In this document: positions 1-14,168 of the stretch, piece by piece | How positions within the stretch are numbered: position 1 is the first letter of the stretch | How the letters are laid out: each line of letters opens with the position of its first letter | Source: Auanema rhodensis | Lineage: Eukaryota > Animalia > Nematoda | DNA length: 64,000 bases | Reading direction: 5' to 3' | Assembly: GCA_964057225.1 (NCBI GenBank) | Contig: OZ059899.1 | Span: 4,960,001-5,024,000 of the forward strand | The notes under the pieces: model-generated | The model's input: only the letters and a program-made list of their open reading frames with translations | Databases searched by the model: none | Told to the model about the DNA's origin: nothing | Translations under genes and position numbers: made by a program

Positions 1-448
1 AAATTGCCCAATCATCAGATACTCGAATCTTGCATTCTCTAGGTTTTGCATATAAGACCATTTGAAGAAATCTTGATGTTGGCTTATTTGAACTTGATTG
101 ACATGATATAGTTGATTTCATCTTAGCTATTACCCACCTAAATATAAATACAATAGAGTGCTAGAACTAATTTTAATAAATAAATAACTTTTTATTATTT
201 AAAAAAATGTTTATATTACCAATCACATCCGTCATTGTAAAAACTTGAAGATTCATATTCTTTCTCTGGATCATCAAGTTCTTGAAGATTTTTGAATGTA
301 TGCGTAAAAGATAAATTTGTTGAAATGCTGAAAAGATTATATATTCCCTTCAAAACTTGTAAATTATAAGAAAATCAGTAATATTAAACATCTCAAAATG
401 ATATTACCGATAATTCTTAAAACCAAAATAAGATATCCCACTTTGCAT
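1..448 (-). CDS. Partial gene (runs off the window start), probable MATH-domain protein
   Basis: Three exons splice in frame: MQSGISYFGFKNYR|ISTNLSFTHTFKNLQELDDPEKEYESSSFYNDGCDW|WVIAKMKSTISCQ...RFLQMVLYAKP...DDWAI. The pattern FTHTFKN..L...Y.S..F....W resembles nematode MATH domains. The start codon is uncertain. Confidence 0.5.
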
Positions 449-2006
449 ATTTGTGATAATCCGTATTAATTGATATCGTAACCATAGTCCAGAAGTTGCC
501 ACAGTAATGGAAATAGAAATGAGAGTACCAGTATATTAAACTGAAATTGCAGAAAGCATATGAATAGATTCAAAAGTTTCACTAAATTTTTCTGAAAAAT
601 CGAAAATTGTCTTCTTTTCTGGAAGGTGAGTTAGAATTAAAATAATATGAGAATACAAACAACATATTGTTTTAAAAAGAATAAATCAATATTATACTTT
701 ATATTTATTCCATTCTATTCTATTTAGATCTTAAAAACATTGTATATCTTTTATATTTACAATTTTAAACTTGTTAATCTTCAAATAAAATAATAAATTT
801 CATTTCAAATATTATCTTTAAATTGTCTTTTTCAATCAGTTTTCAACATAAAGAAAAAGAAAATAAGATCTAAGAAATATGAATTATATTTGATGGTTTT
901 CTTTGATTACTACTCATTCAATTCAAATATTTATTATTTTGTATCGAAATTCTAATTATTTTTATTTTGTAAACAATCAATATTTTATATTATTTACTTT
1001 TTGTTTTTGGTTTGATGTTCTTTAAAGTTATTTATACTTATAGATTATATTTATAATTCTAATAATATAAATATCTATCTAACTAGTATTTTAAAATCAT
1101 TTACTATTTAATAATCTGTTTCGATGTAAATCCATTTTTGAGCTCAGATCATCCACATTTAATTATTTCAATTTCTCATCCTTTTCTTTTTTATTTTTTC
1201 AGGTCATTTTATATGATACAAACGGATATATATGCCCTTTTCTGTTAAAATTTTTATTTTTATGAACTTTTAAATTTATTTTTCTGAGTACAAACATTTA
1301 TATTTTTATTTTTATTTATAAATTTAAAAATATTTCAATGATAATTCAATTTTTCTTTTTCTATACAAAATATTTTTCTTTAACATATATTACTATGTAA
1401 TAAATAAAATAAATTGTTTTTTAGTTGTTTTTGGTTAATCATTATTCATATTTTGATTCATTTATTGAAATTCATCAGTTTTTTTTTGTTTCTATCAAAT
1501 ATCATTTATTTTTACTTCTGATTGAAATATTTCAGCTTATAAGCCTTAATAATTCTTAAATTTTTATTTATAAATATAAAAAAATATATTTATTCTTTTG
1601 ATTTTACTCAGATCTCATGACTAGTTCTTCTCAAGGTTGAACACAGGACGCTCTATTACCACCCCCCACCTTTCCATCCAATCTCTACAACCATTACTCG
1701 ACCATTCATCAATCTGTTTCTTATGTTTTTCTATTTTGGCTAACATTGTCATTTCCTCTTTTTTCTGTGTAAAACTTATGATTCATTACATTAATCAATG
1801 TAAATAAACATTTTTGAATTAAAAAAAAAACTAAATTTACATTGAAAGTAATAATTTCAATCGGAGATTAACTAAATAATCAATGTTATATGAACATAAA
1901 TAAGATTTCGGTCAGATAGCCTCAAGGCCAATCAATAAAGTTTCGTTTATATTTTCTTAGTTTTTCTATTTATTTCTTTATTTATTTTAAAAAATATTTT
2001 TAATAG

Positions 2007-3529
2007 ATGTCAAGAGAAATTTATGAAATGACATGTGAAACACAAGCTGAATGTACATCTTGGTTAAGGCTATTTCGAGCTGTTAGTTGAAATAACAAGA
2101 ATATTAATATTTTAAAATATTTTTTATATATTTAGTTTGATTATGATCATGATGGATATATTCCACATTATGATTTAAGAAGAGCTATCAGAGAATCTAC
2201 AATATCATTTGGGTGGGTCTGTCTGTCTATATTTGAATATATTTAACATTTTAAAATCTTTTTATTTAGGCTTTCTAATGGCCAAATCGATCGAATGACA
2301 GCAGATATTGACAGAAATCAAGATGGAATGATAGATTTTTCAGAATTTTGTATTTTAGTAAGTTTTTCATTGTTTTCAAGCATATTTGAAGCAATTATAA
2401 ATCTTTAAGATGAGTAGAATCAAGAATATGTACATAAAACATGGAATATTTCGTGCTGGTCAACTTGTTGTACCTAAACATCATCGAACAGAACAATTTA
2501 ATCGTTTACAAAAGTATTTTTAATTAAAAAAATTAAAATAAATAATATATTTTTAGATTTAATTGTTTTCCTCCACCTATATTTATGATTCTTATTAGTA
2601 TTCTACAGGTTATAAATTAAAATATAAAGAAATAATAAAGAAAATATTTAGATTGGATTTTATTTATATTATTTGGAACAATCTGGAGAAAAAATATCTG
2701 TTGATGGTCCTGTTCCAATTAAATCTCCATTAATCTTTGATCCAAATAAAATGAATGAAATATGGAGATTTGCATCATATATGTTTATTCATATAGGGTA
2801 TATTATTATATTATAATTAATAAAATTTAAAATTAAAATTTTGAAGACAGAAATTCTTGAACTTTTCAGTATTACTCATGTAATTTTCAATGTATTATCC
2901 CAGCTTATACTGGGATTTCCACTAGAACTTGTACATCAATGGAGAGTTCTTGTTGTATATATTGGTGGAGTAATAGCTGGTATGTTAATTCAATTTAAAA
3001 AAAAAAACAAAAAAATTTCACATAAAGGATCATTGCTTGTGGCATCTTTTGATTCACATACCTTTTTGGCTGGAGCTTCAGGAGGAGTTTATGCGATGTT
3101 ATCAGCACATCTTTCAAATCTTATTATGAATTGGAATGAAGTATTTTTTAAATTATTAAAATAGAATAAAAAATATAAAATTATAGATGGAATTTAATTT
3201 TATTCGATTATTTGTTTTACTTTTTATGATTTTCTTTGATGCTGGTGTTGCTATATATCAACGATTTTATACAGATCGAACAACAAAGGTTTATTATTAT
3301 TTTATAAAAATTATTATAATATTTATTATAGGTTTCACATCTTTCTCATTTGGGTGGATTTGTTGCTGGTCTACTCTTAGGTATAATATTTCTTCGAAAT
3401 CTCCGTAAGCATCGTTGGGAAAGAGTTGTATGGTGGTGCTCATTAATCATTTTTCTTATTTTATTTATTGCATTAATAATTATTTTAGTTTTCAAAAATT
3501 ATAATATTGTAATTAGTTTACCATTTTAA
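2007..3529 (+). CDS. rom-1: Rhomboid intramembrane serine protease with two N-terminal EF-hands (ROM-1/RHBDL-like), multi-exon
   Basis: EF-hand loops DYDHDGYIPHYDL and DRNQDGMIDFSEF; WR motif (EIWRFASYMFIH); HVIFN; catalytic GASGG; catalytic His in SHLGGFVAG; hydrophobic C-terminus ending ISLPF*. The symbol is from resemblance; a rom paralog is possible. Confidence 0.85.
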
Positions 3530-3683
3530 TTTTCTTTTTATTGTTTAATTTAATTTTTGAAAACCCAAAAGTTTCAAAAAATATTTCGTACAAAACAAAA
3601 AATTTTTATTTCTTTTTTATAAATATATAAATATTTTTTATTTTTATTCTTTTTAATTTTTTAATTAAAAAAACTAAAAGTTG

Positions 3684-3755
3684 GGGCCGAGCCGGGGATC
3701 GATCCCGGGACCTCTCGCACCCTAAGCGAGAATCATACCACTAGACCACTCGGCC
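3684..3755 (-). tRNA. tRNA-Pro (AGG)
   Basis: Minus strand reads GGCCGAGTGGTCTAGTGGTATGATTCTCGCTTAGGGTGCGAGAGGTCCCGGGATCGATCCCCGGCTCGGCCC: 72-nt cloverleaf with anticodon loop TTAGGGT. Confidence 0.95.
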
Positions 3756-6564
3756 TGCTTTACCAAATTTTAAAAAGTATTATCAACCAGATTAAACTAA
3801 CAATTGATTGAAAAAGGTAGGAAGACAGTTATTTTTGAACTTTTTCAAAAAATATTGTTGTCATCTATTTAACTGAAATTGATGAATGTTATACTATTGC
3901 TATTATATTTGAATTGTCAAGTATTTACAAAAAGAAAATGTCATCTTAATATATTCTGAATTACCCACTTATATGCTCAACGTACTATATTCATGTTATA
4001 GAAAGCAAGCTTATGCTTCTCATCCAACAGCTTATATTTCTATGAATATTATTGTAGTCAGAAAGCTTTAACGATTATAAATCTTCAAAAATTGAGAGAG
4101 AAAGTTTGTAAAGAGAGAAAGAAGGAAATCTTCATGCTTCTGCTTACAAAGGTGTGGTAGTGGTGGATGGTGATTGCTAGACAATCATTTTCAGCATCTT
4201 CTCTGTGCAGAGCTAGTATATTCTCTCTCTCTTTCTCTCTCTCTTTCTCTCGCTCTCTCTTTTTTTGCTTTTCAACTACCAGAATCAAAAAACTGTACGG
4301 TGAGTTCAGAAGATAGAAAGAACAGTGAATATAGAATCCTTGTCGTGTTGCCTTCAAAATATGCCAACAAGCTCAACAGCCTTCTGTCCTGTTTTCCACT
4401 CTTCATCCGAATGCTGGACGAATGTGTGTTTGGTTGTCGTTGATCAGCACCGGACTTCAATAGCTCAAATCAAAGAAATCTCTCAGAAATCTTCAAGAAT
4501 TACTTCTTCTCTTATAATTTTTGAACCTTGTATTCTGTTTTTTCTTTTTTTCATTCAAAATACTTGGTTTACAATCAGTACAATGAAAGCATTGAATCAT
4601 AAGTTTATGTTTTAATTTATATTAAAATATTATTAAATATTAATTAATTTAATATTAAATATATATATATATATATAGTATACTATATGTTAATTTATAT
4701 ATTTTGAATTATTATTTTTCTTTTTTAAAAATATAATTAGTGATAATCAAGAATTTACATTAACTAACTACAAAGGGTTATAAGGAACTACAAGGTGGGA
4801 ATGAGTTCACAAAACCGACAATGATGAAGCTATAAGCCAATGCACTACCAATAGTTGATGTTCAGTTTTACTTTCTTCTCTTTTCCCGAATGTTTACTTA
4901 TCCGTAACGACTTTTTCTTCTTTTATTTTCTCCCCCTCCCCCCCTCTCTCTCTCTCTCCCTCTTTCTCTCTCTATCTCTCCCCCTTTGTCGTCGTCATCA
5001 TTTACCGACCCCTACCTCGTTCGCATTCCGTACAATCCAGGTTCATATACGAGAGAACTGATGGATTCCTGATTTTCATTTCATTTCAATTTGAATCAAC
5101 CATTATTAGTCATTTATATAAATCTATACTATATCATATAGTTAACGAATATTTCTATTTCTATTATTTTATTTATAATAAAATAAAAAATAATTTAAAT
5201 TACTAATACTAACTATACTAAATATTTTTATTTGTAACTTCTTGTTGTTGTGTTTTTTTTCTTTTACCACTGTTCAGTAAAGTTTAAGGAAAATCATTTG
5301 TCTACGTGGCGCCTGTTCCTCCCACCTTACTTCCTTTCCTTTTTTTCTTTTTTTCTCTCATTTTCGCTCGTTACCTCAATATTTTTCTCTCCATCTACTA
5401 CTTTTTCATTACTTTCTCTGTGAACAATCGGATCTTTATCCAATAACATCCGTCAATCTCATCATAAATACGCCCTCAAGGCATAGATATAGTTTCTGTC
5501 TTATACTTCATTAGAGTTCTGTTCTGCTTATTCTCTTTCTTTTCTCATATTATTTTTCCTTCTTCATCTTCTTCTTAATCTTATGCTTCTACCGATTAAG
5601 CTGCTCCAAGTCTTCTAATTGACGTCGTTGATGTCCAGCTCGTGAATCATCCGTCTCATTTCCCACTTTCAATATCTTTCTTTTCTGTTCTCTTCTCTCC
5701 GTTCCTTGATACACGATGATGACGATTATTGCAAATCTGAAAAATTGAGTCACTCGTTGTTTCAGTTTCATCGAGAAGGCTATTCATCTTTATATTCTTC
5801 AACAATTTCTAAATCTTTTCCATTTTTATTAAAATATTTTGAAATTATTTCTTAACTTTTCCTTCACTTGTTTCAAATATTTTTAGCTTTCAACATATGC
5901 TGATGAATCGTAGTTCTTTCATAAAGTTTTATACTTTCTCTTCAAACGTCCTTGTAATGTTTCGTTAATCTCACAGACTTAAATCTTACTATATAACAGT
6001 TGAAACTGGGCCTCATTCATATGTATAACCATCCATTCGACAGCTTGTTATGTTGACTTCTTCTCTATTGGACAATTTTTTGTATGTCTTGTCGGATTCA
6101 ATGATACCTGAAGATATACTCATCCTCGTCACGTCTTCTGGTTTCTGCTGTTTCGTTTACGCCGATATCTTCAAAATTCTCTCGTTTTCTTCTTCCTCAC
6201 AGAAATAACTCTGCGTTTCCATCCAAGTGTAATGTCTTTCTGCGTCATTTCTGGCCAAACAGACTGTGTGCTCCGTCGTTGATTTCTTCTTCTGCTCCTT
6301 TCCTCCCACTTTTCTCTTTCTTGTCTTCATCATTTTCTCTCTCTCTCTCTCCCTCTCTCTCTCCCTCGCGTTTCCCAGTTTTTCACTGCTCCGCCAGTTC
6401 AAATCTTGTTTGGTGCAAAGCACATTGTGATGGAAAGACCGTTGTCTCAATTCCCTTTTAACACTCTTCAACTTCTTTTCATAAAAAAATATTATTTTCA
6501 TTGTTTAGTTCTCTTCAATAAATTAATTCTTAATTAATATATTTATGTTATTATTTGTTTCAGA

Positions 6565-9082
6565 ATGCCATTCAAGCCAGTTGAACACCCTAAATGCCCA
6601 AAGTGCGGTAAGTCCGTATATGCTGCTGAAGAGATGTGTGCCGGAGGATATAAATGGCATAAATTCTGTTTCAAGTGCAGTAAGTTTTTCAAATTTTGTT
6701 ATAAATTGACTCAATATTCAATGTTCATTGAATTTTACAAAAATATTCTATTTTTCTTGATTGATTCTATTGAAGAAAAAGTATTTTTTTTACTTTTCAT
6801 TCTACTATTATAAATCATAAAACAGTATAGTATTGTGTGATTTGTAATATAGAAAATGTGGAATTCATATGGTGACTATGTGAAGAAATTGAGATTAAAG
6901 ACAGAATATATGAGAAAACGAGTCCGTTTGGTTGCCAGAACTTAACGTTGTATTATCCTCACGGCGACCTTTTAGTTTTCTTCTCCTTTCAAAGAAGCTC
7001 GAACGGTTACATCTTCTTTCCATATCTCACATCTGATTTCTTATTGTTATTTATATTCTATCCTTCAACTAATCTCTCTCTCTTTCTCTCTCTTTCTCTT
7101 TCTTTCTCTTTCTTCTCTCTCTATATATATTATAAATTCAAAAAGGGCTTTTGCTTCGATATAGATATTGTTGGTTGTAAAAATTACATAGATACAGTAG
7201 TTAGATGTTCAAAATCTATCGAAGAAAAGTTAAATGAGATGCAGCTGTTCAAACCGAAAATAGTTGTCGATAATTATCATCTTTTTCATCATATTTTTCT
7301 AATCTTAAACTTTAAATTGGGCTCAATGTTGTCAACTTGTGTCTTTCTCTCACTTTCTTTGTCACCAAAAGAAAAAAAAAGGAAAGACAGTCTAGATCAA
7401 GAGAAACGTAAGATAGACAAGAGAGAAGAACGTTGTCGTTTGTCGTTTAACTATGTAAGCTGTTTGCTCCATTGTTGTATTTTCTAATCAGATGGATAAA
7501 AGTTGCTTTAATCGTAAAAGTTGCTCAAATTTAAATTTGAAATAATTTAAATTAATTATGTATGTATAGTTATATATATATATATATAGTTATATATATA
7601 TCTTGTAGAAAGATGATGCATAAGAGAAACATGAAAAAATAGAACAGGAAACATGCTATATCGTGTTTCCGGCTTTTGCTTCAACTATTTGCTAACATAG
7701 ATTAAAATGTATTATTTGAGCAGAAATACCAATATCATTTTTTCTTTTGTCAATTATGAAAAATTAAATATTTGTATATAATTAGTTAAGAAAATTAAAA
7801 ATCAGATATTGAATGATATTGATATATAGACAGTTAGATTGAATATAAGAATTGTTTGTCTATGTTTATTGATTCTTGTAATAAGTTAATACTAATCTTA
7901 ACTATATGTATATAGTATAAGTATAAGAATATGTTGTGTTATGTTAATGTCTTTTGTCCATTGTTGATTTCAGCTATGTGTAATAAGTTACTTGATTCTA
8001 CTAACTGTTGTGAACATCAAGCTGAACTTTATTGTAAACAATGTCATTGTAGACGATATGGTCCAAAGGTATGATATTATCTATTAGCTATCTATATAAT
8101 ATAGTTAAATATATTAACTATATTATTTTGTGTTTGTTATGTATGTTTTTGTTTTGTGTAGGGTGTTGGATTTGGTATTGGAGCTGGATCTTTAACTATG
8201 GATACAGGAGAACAATTTGGAAATAAAGAAGTAGATATGACGTCAGTAATGATGATTAATATCTAAGTTTTATTCGTTTTTTCATGTTATTTATCATTTG
8301 TTTTTAACATATTTGTTATATTAACCTTCAAATAACCCTAATCATGCATGAAATATAACTCTAAATTCTATATATCAGCGTAAAATCAATTTCTCTCCTT
8401 ATTTAAAATAGGATATCAATCAATATATATTATTATTCTTTAATTTTTTATTCAGTTTTCCTTTAAAAAAAAATTTTATAAACTAATCTCTCTCCTTTCT
8501 ATTACCCCCATTTTCAGATATGTGCAATAAACTTCTTGATTCCTGCACTGTTGCTCCACACGAAAATGAATTATACTGCAAGCAGTGCCATGGACGTAAA
8601 TATGGACCAAAAGGAGTTGGATTTGGTCTTGGAGCTGGTTGCCTCACTACTGATAATGGAGAAAAATTCGGAAATGGCAAAGAATAGTCAGCAACTTGAT
8701 CATTATTTGTCAAAAAAAGTTTCAACCAATTTCTTAATTAGTTGCATGTTACCAACCAACTAACCCGCATGTTTCCAACTTTACTTATTCAATTTGAATA
8801 GAAAAAAAATTATAATTAACAATCTTTATATCTTTTTGAACTTAAAAAATAACTTTTAGAAACGAAAACGTTAATGGAACCCCCCTCTTCCTCTCCTTAA
8901 ACTAATTTAAATGATTTTCAATGATTACCCAAAACCATTACCTTAACTAAAACCAAATGATTTAAACAGAAGATAACGAAAATTGATTATTTGACAGATG
9001 AACTCTTCAATTTCTTTTTTTTAGAAATCGTCCTATGACTGCTGAAGCCTTCACAGCTCCTATCAATCCTTCTCATAGCTGA
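6565..9082 (+). CDS. mlp-1: Muscle LIM protein / CRP-family single-LIM protein with alternative second-half exons
   Basis: Exon 1 6565-6679 encodes [23 protein letters not shown]...WHKFCFKC. Isoform A uses 7974-8068 + 8162-8241 + 9025-9082. Isoform B uses 8518-8687. Both carry the CRP glycine-rich linker [12 protein letters not shown]. Confidence 0.93.
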
Positions 9083-9681
9083 AGAGTATCTCATCTTCAA
9101 CCGATCATAAATTCCGATCACTTCATAAGCGTCTTCAGCAAACCTTATTATGTATCAGATTTTCTTTCATCTTTTAATTAATGTAATACAGAATGAATGT
9201 GATTGTATATTAATAAAATAAAATTTGAAAAATCTTTGAAATTGATTTGTGGCAACAAGTATAAACACAAAAATGAACAAATTTGTTTATGGAAAAACAA
9301 AAATAATGTACAAAAGATAAATGAATCATTTCTGCTAACATGATATTGAACTTCAAAACAACAATATCATGTTACAGACGAAGTTATAGAAATGTATTTT
9401 GATTTGGCAGCAGAGAAATGTCGTGATTTCTGAGAAAATTACGATAAAACACATAAGAAAACAAAGGTTAAAAATAATTTGAATGAAATTAAATTTCTAC
9501 ATTCATGATTAGCGAATGTTAAACCAAATGAATACAGACAGAAAATTGTTTAAAACATCTTCTAAAGGTATCAGAAAAAGAATGAGGGATTTTCAAATAA
9601 ATTAATGCTGCAAGTTGAGACGAATGAAACATTAGATGTATGTAAGAACATCAGATAAAACTAAATCTATCTATTAATAGA

Positions 9682-9717
<36 letters not shown>

Positions 9718-9840
9718 AAGAAAACTAATTTTCAGACTTGACTTGAAAAGTAACCGAGATGTATGTTGATTAGACGATTATGTTACAAATATAAAGAGAT
9801 TGGAATTAATAAATGCCAAAAAATATGCTTCAAAACAGCC

Positions 9841-12800
9841 TCACAATTGAGTTATCACGCGGCTTTGTGTGGAAGGAATGCCTGATGTTGCAATTGGTAT
9901 ATAAGTTATGCTTGACCCGCCTGATCTGCAAACATTGGTAGTAGATTGATTACTTCATAAAATATTTTTAATACAAAATGGTTTATAAATATAAAGAAAT
10001 ATTCGTACTTACACAAAAGCGCCATTGTTTTGGTATGATCGACCACCGCTTGCCATCTTGGGTATACGACTAGGGCCAGTTGGCTAAATGAAAATTCATT
10101 TAAACAGTTCAAATTAAATGAAAGAATGTTAAGAAATGTAAGCAAACCTGTGCTGTATTCATCGCCAACAATCGTGTGGGCTCTTGAAGCCTAGATTTGC
10201 TAGGCTTAGGAATGCCGGTGTTAGGTTTGATAGCAGGTGTGATTGCAGTGCCAGTGTTATTAGAATTTGTCAAATCAGTAGACGAGCAGGTTGAGCTAGT
10301 AGGGGAGAAGAGAAGCTTATCGGGCTCTTGTTCAATTGGCTTGTTCTCTTTTTCGGGTGTGGTTCCTTCAGAAGGTGGGGGAGTTAAATGAGCCGAAGAC
10401 AATTCAGTCTGAGAAAGATGTGGATAAGCGTTATACATTAGAGCTATTAGGAATTTAAGGAAAGACTTAAAGAAGCTTTGTGTTGAAGAAAAAGCATACT
10501 AAGCATTCCGATGGTATAATAGTTAGCAAAAATATTTTACCTGCATTGGTGCTACAACATATTTAGGAATACGGCTGACATTACGAACTGGAGAAGTAAC
10601 AGGAGTGGTCTCCGACATAATATGATTCTTCTCTAATGACGGAGAAAATTTCTGAAACATGAATTAAACTAATGCAAATGACAATAAAAAAGAAAAATTG
10701 ATTATTAATATTTCAGAATTTGCGAACCTTGTCGGATTGTAAAGTGCCACCCACTGGGATAGTTGTGACATGATTATGAGACTGGTAACTAATAGAAGAA
10801 GTAGGAATTCTAGATGGAGCTGGATTAGCAGTAGAAGGTTGACTATAGAAAGGGTTGTCCAATCGAGCATCAACAGTCTAGAAATATAAAAAATGAAATC
10901 AGTTACGATTAATGTTATATTACCTTTGGTGTGATGCTACTAGAAGAATGCGTTAGTTGGGGTGCCTTAGGTGGGATAGAATTTCCGGTTGACTCGTTTA
11001 AAGACAAGTGGCTGATAAGCTCTCCCGTTGGAACAGAAGTACTAGCATTAATAGTAGCAGCAACTTGTTCACGAATCATTTCGCGTTTCTGATGGCGAGC
11101 AGCAGCATGACTTTGCCGCGGACCATATCGTTGACTTGGTCTACGCTCAAAGGAAGATGACGTACGACGAGACATGCGCCCGCTTTCTTTATGAACAGTT
11201 TCATACTCAGTTCGACCTCTGAAGACCAAACAATAAACTTTAATTAAAAAAGCAAAATCATACCTATATTTGAATGTACTTCCTAATCTAAACAATTGCA
11301 TTCGACTTTGTCGAGGGTTTTGACGAATTTTCAAACGGAAGAAAGTATGATGTTCAATAGCACATTTCCATAAATGTTTACAAGCTTTGTGAGAGCATAA
11401 ATTGAAAACAAAAGTATGAAGTTGAATTTGTCCATTATTCTAAAAAAATTAAATAAAAAATTAATTTAAATAAACGACTAAATACCGAAGAGTCTGCATC
11501 TTCCTCAACAACTAATGTGATTCTCTTGTTCTTGAAATCAAGTTTTTGGATTTTCTCCCAGAAGAACAAACCAATTTTCTGAGATCCATCAAACACTAAC
11601 ATCCCCTGTGGCGTAAGGCCTAAGGTATACCTAAACATACATTTCATATCACTAAATAAATACAATATACTTACGTATTTCCATCTCTTCCTTCTACTTT
11701 GTGGGTATCAACCCCATACATTTCCAAATATTTTGCTTTATTAAGGTAATTCAATTCAGCTTGTGCTGGAGTTTGACCACGACAAAGCTTGAAACGTTCC
11801 AATATATCTAGTTCCATCTTCTCGTCCTGTTCCGGATGGAAACGGAACTCGGATATCAAAAGAGCGGTATGATCTATTGCATTATAATCTCCGAGTTCAG
11901 CTTAAAAATATATAAAATTAAGAAAACCATTTGAGGTTTACACTCACATTGCAAAGCAAAAGCTGCTAATTCAATAGCAAGCTCCTTAGAACATGATAAG
12001 CGGCCGGAAAGAATATCAAGCTTAAGTTGCAAGAAAAATTGGTATCTGAAAACACTCGAATCTGGAAAAAAACAATCAATGTAACTTACCTAGTAAGCTC
12101 TTCTTTCAAGTTACTACAAGGCTCCGAAGTGAAGAACTTTACACGGAAGCGAAAAGTAAATGGAGGACCAATAGGTACTTGCTTAGCTATTTTCTTAACA
12201 GGATCAAGCCAATGCTGAATAAATAATTATAATATTAAGATGAAAACTGTTTGTCCTACTTGAACGTTGTATTGATCAGTAAACAATAAGCCAAAGTAAT
12301 CTCTTTCTTCCAAATCAAGGGAATAGAATACTTGATCGTAAACTTCTTCCCCTAGGGCATTTTTCTGCAATAAAGGAAATATATACTGAAAAATCAAAAA
12401 AACTATGAATCAACCATAATGAATTTCGAAATTAGTTTCATTACTATACATTTCAAATTGATTATCACATATGCATACATCTTGAGCATACAATCCTCTT
12501 GTCTCATCACTACGCTTATAATAGTTTTAATGTGGAAATAATGATCAATGAGAGCAGCAAAAGAACTTATAAAGATAGATATCTTCTTTATTTAGATTAT
12601 TCAATGTATACCTACTCATTCACTCACTCAGTCTTTAACTCTTTTTGTTTCATCAAGAAATTATTCTTTAAATATCACATTTGAGCGGTATTTCGTATTT
12701 ATGTGTCATATTGGCTGGGAATGATAATATGTTGAGAATGACAAGGGTTTACTAATGCTTTTTTTCAAAAATTTTTTGCCATGTATCAAACATGAGATCG

Positions 12801-14168
12801 AATGTGTAAACTTTGGCACATTTATTTAAATCTATGAAACCATAAATATGTCAAAACGAAAATGGTTGTTTGACATATTGTCTATATGGTAAAGTTTGTG
12901 AGAATGGCTGATAAGATATAATTAATTAGTTTCACTTTATGTGATAATATACAAAATGAACAAGCTCAGATAACTATTCAGATTCATTTTGTATTTCATT
13001 TTTCACTGCTACTGATCTGCGCACACCTGATCATCCGGTGCACTTGACAAGTGAAACCCGGTTTTTGCTTCTCGGTTGCAGCTACAAAAACCAGATAGCA
13101 CACTGCTGGTCAGTAAAAAATTATACGCTGAATTAATATATATAGATGTATATATAAGTTGTATATGTTGAATCGAACAATAGGCTATTGGATTGAGGAG
13201 AAATATTGAATTGGACAACTCTAAGCGAACTATGATAAGTGGCCAAATAATACGCTCTCCAAGGCATGCACTATACAACATTATCAAAACCCGAGAGATA
13301 TAGGGTTAAAGATAGATGTCTGAATGCAAGAACAGACTGTCCGGTTGGTTGAGTTGTATAAGTACCATGGCAACAACACTCCCATATACCATACTCAATA
13401 CTTGACCTCGACTAAACTGTAATTACTTGCTGTTTTTGGGATGAACACGGTCGTCTCCCTCATTTGCATTTCTGTTTAGAGACTGGTGAAAATAAATTTA
13501 GGGGAAAAGAAGACAATAGTTCTCAGAAAACTGGTGAGGAGACTAAATATGAGGATCTATGAGTAGATAAACAGGCCTATCCAGATAGGTTGAGAAACCA
13601 CCCAATCGCGTGCGCAAAACACGTAAGTGTTATTGAATGAACAAACATACACGCACATTCCATTTACAATTCTTAGACAAGCGTATGCCACTAGCACTAT
13701 CGCTAATTAGTTAAAATCATCAGAGAATCTCGTGAACTGAGTGACGGTAGAAGATTGAACAATGGGTGATGTGAGAAGAAATTGACGCATCACATAAAAA
13801 GCTTGACCATGCGGAAAATTTAGAAGAGGTGTTGACCTCATGTTGATGGATGACATGTGTCAATTTTTCAAAAAATAGAAAACTAAATTACTTAATTATA
13901 ACGGATAAGAGAGAAATAGTAATAATACAAATGAATAAAAATCTATGTATGTATAGTAGAAATATAGAATATTGAAAATAGAAATAGAAATAATACAAGA
14001 TTACAAATAGAAACTTACTGAAACAATAATGTTCAAATCTGTTCCATCCAGTAATAGCACTTTGCAGCTGGCTTGCTTTTTAGGATCAAATTTGGGGGGA
14101 GTCGCCATTCGTTGTGCTGTAGGCTGACGCCTAAAGCGAGCCGATAATGAACGGAACATAGAAGGCAT
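9841..14168 (-). CDS. frm-2: FERM + FERM-adjacent protein, EPB41L4B/L5 (Yurt)-like
   Basis: Spliced translation includes [71 protein letters not shown] and [15 protein letters not shown], then a low-complexity tail ending ITQL* (class I PDZ-binding motif). Non-coding exons are likely at ~14619-14693 and upstream. Confidence 0.88.

Noticed and set aside
4085-7487. Several ORFs containing SLSLSL or EREREK runs
   Set aside because: Products of (CT)n/(GA)n microsatellites in the mlp-1 upstream region and intron; no splice or homology support.
13020-13060. Hammerhead ribozyme
   Set aside because: The core reads CTGATCA rather than CUGANGA, and the stem topology does not fit.
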